DNA of 32,000 nt from a cyanobacterium endosymbiont of Epithemia turgida isolate EtSB Lake Yunoko (GTDB lineage Bacteria > Cyanobacteriota > Cyanobacteriia > Cyanobacteriales > Microcystaceae), in contig NZ_AP012549.1 in assembly GCF_000829235.1 (NCBI RefSeq), positions 1,860,001 to 1,892,000 of the forward strand, read 5' to 3'. Both the position numbers and the translations under genes were made by a program. The notes beneath the pieces are model-generated. The model saw only the letters and a program-made list of their open reading frames with translations, did not search any database and was not told the origin of the DNA. Below are positions 29,264 through 32,000 of the stretch, piece after piece. Each line of letters starts with the position of its first letter. Positions within the stretch are counted from its first letter, which is position 1.

Positions 29264-31726
29264 TCACTTTCCCTGAGGTTCTAAAGCTGCTTTAGGATAC
29301 ACAATTCTTTGATGATGGAATTGCTGCCAAACTTTAACAAACACTTCAGCAATGATAGGTAGCTCCTCATATTTAATTCCTGAATCCTTCAATTGATTAT
29401 CTCGCCATCGAGCTTTAAAAATTTTATGGATCATGGACAAAGCAGTTTCTGGGGTAGTTTCTTTCAAAGATCGTAAAGCCGCTTCACAGCCATCCGCCAA
29501 CATTACAATCCCTGTTTCTCGTGACTGAGGAATGGGACCCTCATAGCGAAACTCTTCTTCACAAATTATTTTTTCTCCGTCTTTTTCTGCCTGTTGTTTA
29601 GCCTGATAATAAAAATAGGAAATTAACAACTTTCCTTGGTGTTCAGGAATAAAGTCACGAATCACTCGTGGCAAACCGTACTTACGAGCCATGACTAACC
29701 CTTCGGCAACGTGCTTTTTTATGATTTCCACACTTTGCCAAGGATCATTAATTTCATCGTGTTTATTAGGCGCACCCATTTGATTTTCAATGAATCCCAA
29801 AGGGTCGTGCATTTTCCCAATATCGTGATACAGCGTTCCCGTCCTCACCAACTCGACATTACAATGTAGTTCTCTAGCAGCTGCTTCGGCCAAACAAGCT
29901 ACAAATAGGGTATGTTGAAATGTTCCCGGCGTTTCGGTCGATAATCGTTTGAGCAAAGGGCAATTAGGGTTAGCCAATTCTACTAACCGAATGGGAGTCA
30001 CCAAATCAAACAAACGTTCTAGATAAGGAGAAATTCCTAAAGCCATGACACTCCAAAGAAACCCAGATAGACCATAAACAATTGCTCCTGGCAACACTGC
30101 TGACCAAATTGTCCCCTCCACCGGTGCGATAATTAGGTAAATGAGAAAGTAAAGGCCTCCTTCAACAATGCCAACCCCTCCTCCTAGACGGGCTAATTCA
30201 TCTCGTGAACGGAGTCTTCCAGCCATCACCCCTGCCAATAAGCCTCCTGCAGTTCCTGCTAAAACGTAACTCCAATTCACTGTTCCTGCAGTAAATGTCG
30301 ATAAACCACTTAATAATAAAACTTGAGTAACTGCTAAGGTAGGGCCATAGAAACTACTTGTTAGTAATCCGATAGCCTGTAGATTAGTATAACCAAGATT
30401 AAAAATTGCCAGAAAGGGGGTACTTAAGCTTAATAAACAGAGTAAAAAATGATCTCGGCGACGCATTGGACGATGAACATTCCGAGTCACCATACAAAAA
30501 ACTGTTACTCCCCCTGCTACTAGAATCACAGAAATTCCTAATCCTAACCAATTGATGCCCCGGCGACTTAACCCAAAGCTGTCGAGTAAGATAAAATCTG
30601 CTTGGCTGATCGTTTCATTGGCTTTGACAATGACATCTCCCTCTTGAACTTCAACAATTACCGGTTCTACGGCTTGAGCCGCTTGTTCAGCTTGTCTCTT
30701 AGTTTCTTCCCTATCTACCGTTAAATTATGTCGATTTTGAAATACAGACATGAGCAGTTTTTGCCCCATTATCTTGCTAGACAAAGATATTGACGGATCA
30801 AATTGTATTTTGAGAATATCTTGTAAAAGATTATTGGGCATTCCGGCCGGAATGCCTTGAATCAAAATTTTTTCAGTGGTGTTGAGTAGTGCTTTTTGAG
30901 TATTTTTCCAAGTAGATTCATCTAAATTGAGAAAGCCAACAGCTATTTCTAGTGATAGGTAAGGACTTCTAACGCCAGCTAAAATTGATTTAGCCTTACT
31001 ATACCGTTGACGAGCTTGGCTCATCTTTTCTAAAAAGGTTTGGAATTCTGTTCCTGTAGTGGTTTGCCGATAGTCTTTAAGCTCAGTTAAGACTTTTTTA
31101 AAATCGGGAGATAATTCGGATATTTTCTCAGAGAAGTTGTCAATATTATTAGGAATTAACTGGGACTTAGCCACATTTAAAACTTTTTGCCAGTCTTGTT
31201 CAGAAAAAGATCGTAAATTTTGTTGGGTGGGCAAGGGAAGCTGTTGAATACTAGCTACAGGAAAAGGATTACTTATGTTTCGTAATTGTTGCATACTGAC
31301 TAGCGCTTCTTTCACAGTCAATTCTAGCTGACTGGTTAATTTAACATCCCGTTGTAATACAGGAATGATCCCGGTTCGAACTTCTTTTCGTTTTTTCTCA
31401 GTAGTTTTGATATCTTCAAAAGTTCCGTCCTCAGGAGCAATAATGGTTACTGGAGAAACAGTTCCCACAGCTAGTTTTGGTTGATTGTAGAAACGATAAC
31501 TAATTACACTAGTCAAGGATATAATCGCTAAACCCCACATCATGGGTGGGTGAATTTTTCTCAAGGATGATGAGCTATGCAATTTTTGAAAAAAATTAGG
31601 AGCATGCTTTGACTGGGACTTGTGGGGCATAGGTGAAGCATCAATATTCCTCAAAAGCGAAAAACTAAAATTTCGGTAGTTTTTACGCCATTTATCTAGG
31701 CTTTGGGTTAAATGAAGCTTTTTCAT
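29264..31726 (-). CDS. membrane-bound HD-domain phosphohydrolase (7TM receptor with intracellular HD hydrolase, PgpH/YqfF-like)
   Basis: 820 aa. A long N-terminal extracytoplasmic region is followed by about 7 hydrophobic segments (residues about 390-570) and a C-terminal HD/HDIG domain (LYHDIGK ... ADGCEA). The start codon is uncertain, with several in-frame Met in the first 60 aa. Confidence 0.88.
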   Translation of the reverse strand: MKKLHLTQSLDKWRKNYRNFSFSLLRNIDASPMPHKSQSKHAPNFFQKLHSSSSLRKIHPPMMWGLAIISLTSVISYRFYNQPKLAVGTVSPVTIIAPEDGTFEDIKTTEKKRKEVRTGIIPVLQRDVKLTSQLELTVKEALVSMQQLRNISNPFPVASIQQLPLPTQQNLRSFSEQDWQKVLNVAKSQLIPNNIDNFSEKISELSPDFKKVLTELKDYRQTTTGTEFQTFLEKMSQARQRYSKAKSILAGVRSPYLSLEIAVGFLNLDESTWKNTQKALLNTTEKILIQGIPAGMPNNLLQDILKIQFDPSISLSSKIMGQKLLMSVFQNRHNLTVDREETKRQAEQAAQAVEPVIVEVQEGDVIVKANETISQADFILLDSFGLSRRGINWLGLGISVILVAGGVTVFCMVTRNVHRPMRRRDHFLLCLLSLSTPFLAIFNLGYTNLQAIGLLTSSFYGPTLAVTQVLLLSGLSTFTAGTVNWSYVLAGTAGGLLAGVMAGRLRSRDELARLGGGVGIVEGGLYFLIYLIIAPVEGTIWSAVLPGAIVYGLSGFLWSVMALGISPYLERLFDLVTPIRLVELANPNCPLLKRLSTETPGTFQHTLFVACLAEAAARELHCNVELVRTGTLYHDIGKMHDPLGFIENQMGAPNKHDEINDPWQSVEIIKKHVAEGLVMARKYGLPRVIRDFIPEHQGKLLISYFYYQAKQQAEKDGEKIICEEEFRYEGPIPQSRETGIVMLADGCEAALRSLKETTPETALSMIHKIFKARWRDNQLKDSGIKYEELPIIAEVFVKVWQQFHHQRIVYPKAALEPQGK

Positions 31727-32000
31727 CGTATGTGAGGTCGCTGAAAAGATATTAGGAGCGTAATAGAGAGCCCTAAGAAATACGCCACTAAATTAAACTA
31801 GGGTAGATCTACCTTGAAATTCGGCAATGATAAAACAATCTCAATTGAATCACCGACGTCTTTAACTACTTTACTGTTTCTCTCTGGAAATGGATTTGCT
31901 TTTAGGTATTATGACTCTTCTAGAATAGCTGTAAAAAAATTACACATAAACAAAAGATAAAGGTCTCACTTCGCAAGGCTTCCAAGATTACAAAAACTTT

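Noticed and set aside
1-32000. Looked for HIP1 (GCGATCGC), DnaA boxes (TTATCCACA/TTTTCCACA), a CIRCE element upstream of dnaJ, and CRISPR-like spaced repeats
   Set aside because: I saw no exact HIP1 octamer, DnaA-box cluster, CIRCE inverted repeat or regularly spaced direct repeats on either strand. The scan was by eye, so it is not exhaustive.

Overview
This looks like a cyanobacterial chromosome segment from a genome in reductive decay. The assignment rests on gene content and order: plsX-fabH-fabD, dnaJ/tusA-like/rsgA, serA, prmA, hypD, eda and a 7TM-HD phosphohydrolase. I cannot resolve the lineage by eye.

I support 17 CDSs. One of them, rpmF (55 aa), is absent from the ORF track because it falls below the length cutoff. 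Summing the coordinates gives about 16.3 kb of coding sequence, roughly 51% of the window.

The rest is very A+T-rich spacer DNA in blocks of 0.6 to 3.9 kb with no long ORFs. Junctions inside operons or conserved clusters are still tight (11 to 115 bp).

In the spacers I can read:
- two decayed ISL3-family transposase relics (about 14000-15125 and 10431-10947);
- a single-frame relic interrupted only by nonsense codons (21555-21968);
- a less A+T-rich relic of unknown identity (5614-6360);
- a population of perfect hairpin-forming inverted repeats, including a 31-bp-arm hairpin at 12298-12363 and a 30-nt perfect palindrome at 11493-11522.

I found no rRNA, tRNA, CRISPR array or intact mobile element. 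I see no evidence of a novel multi-gene system. The interesting biology here is the genome erosion itself and the perfect palindromes embedded in otherwise eroded DNA.
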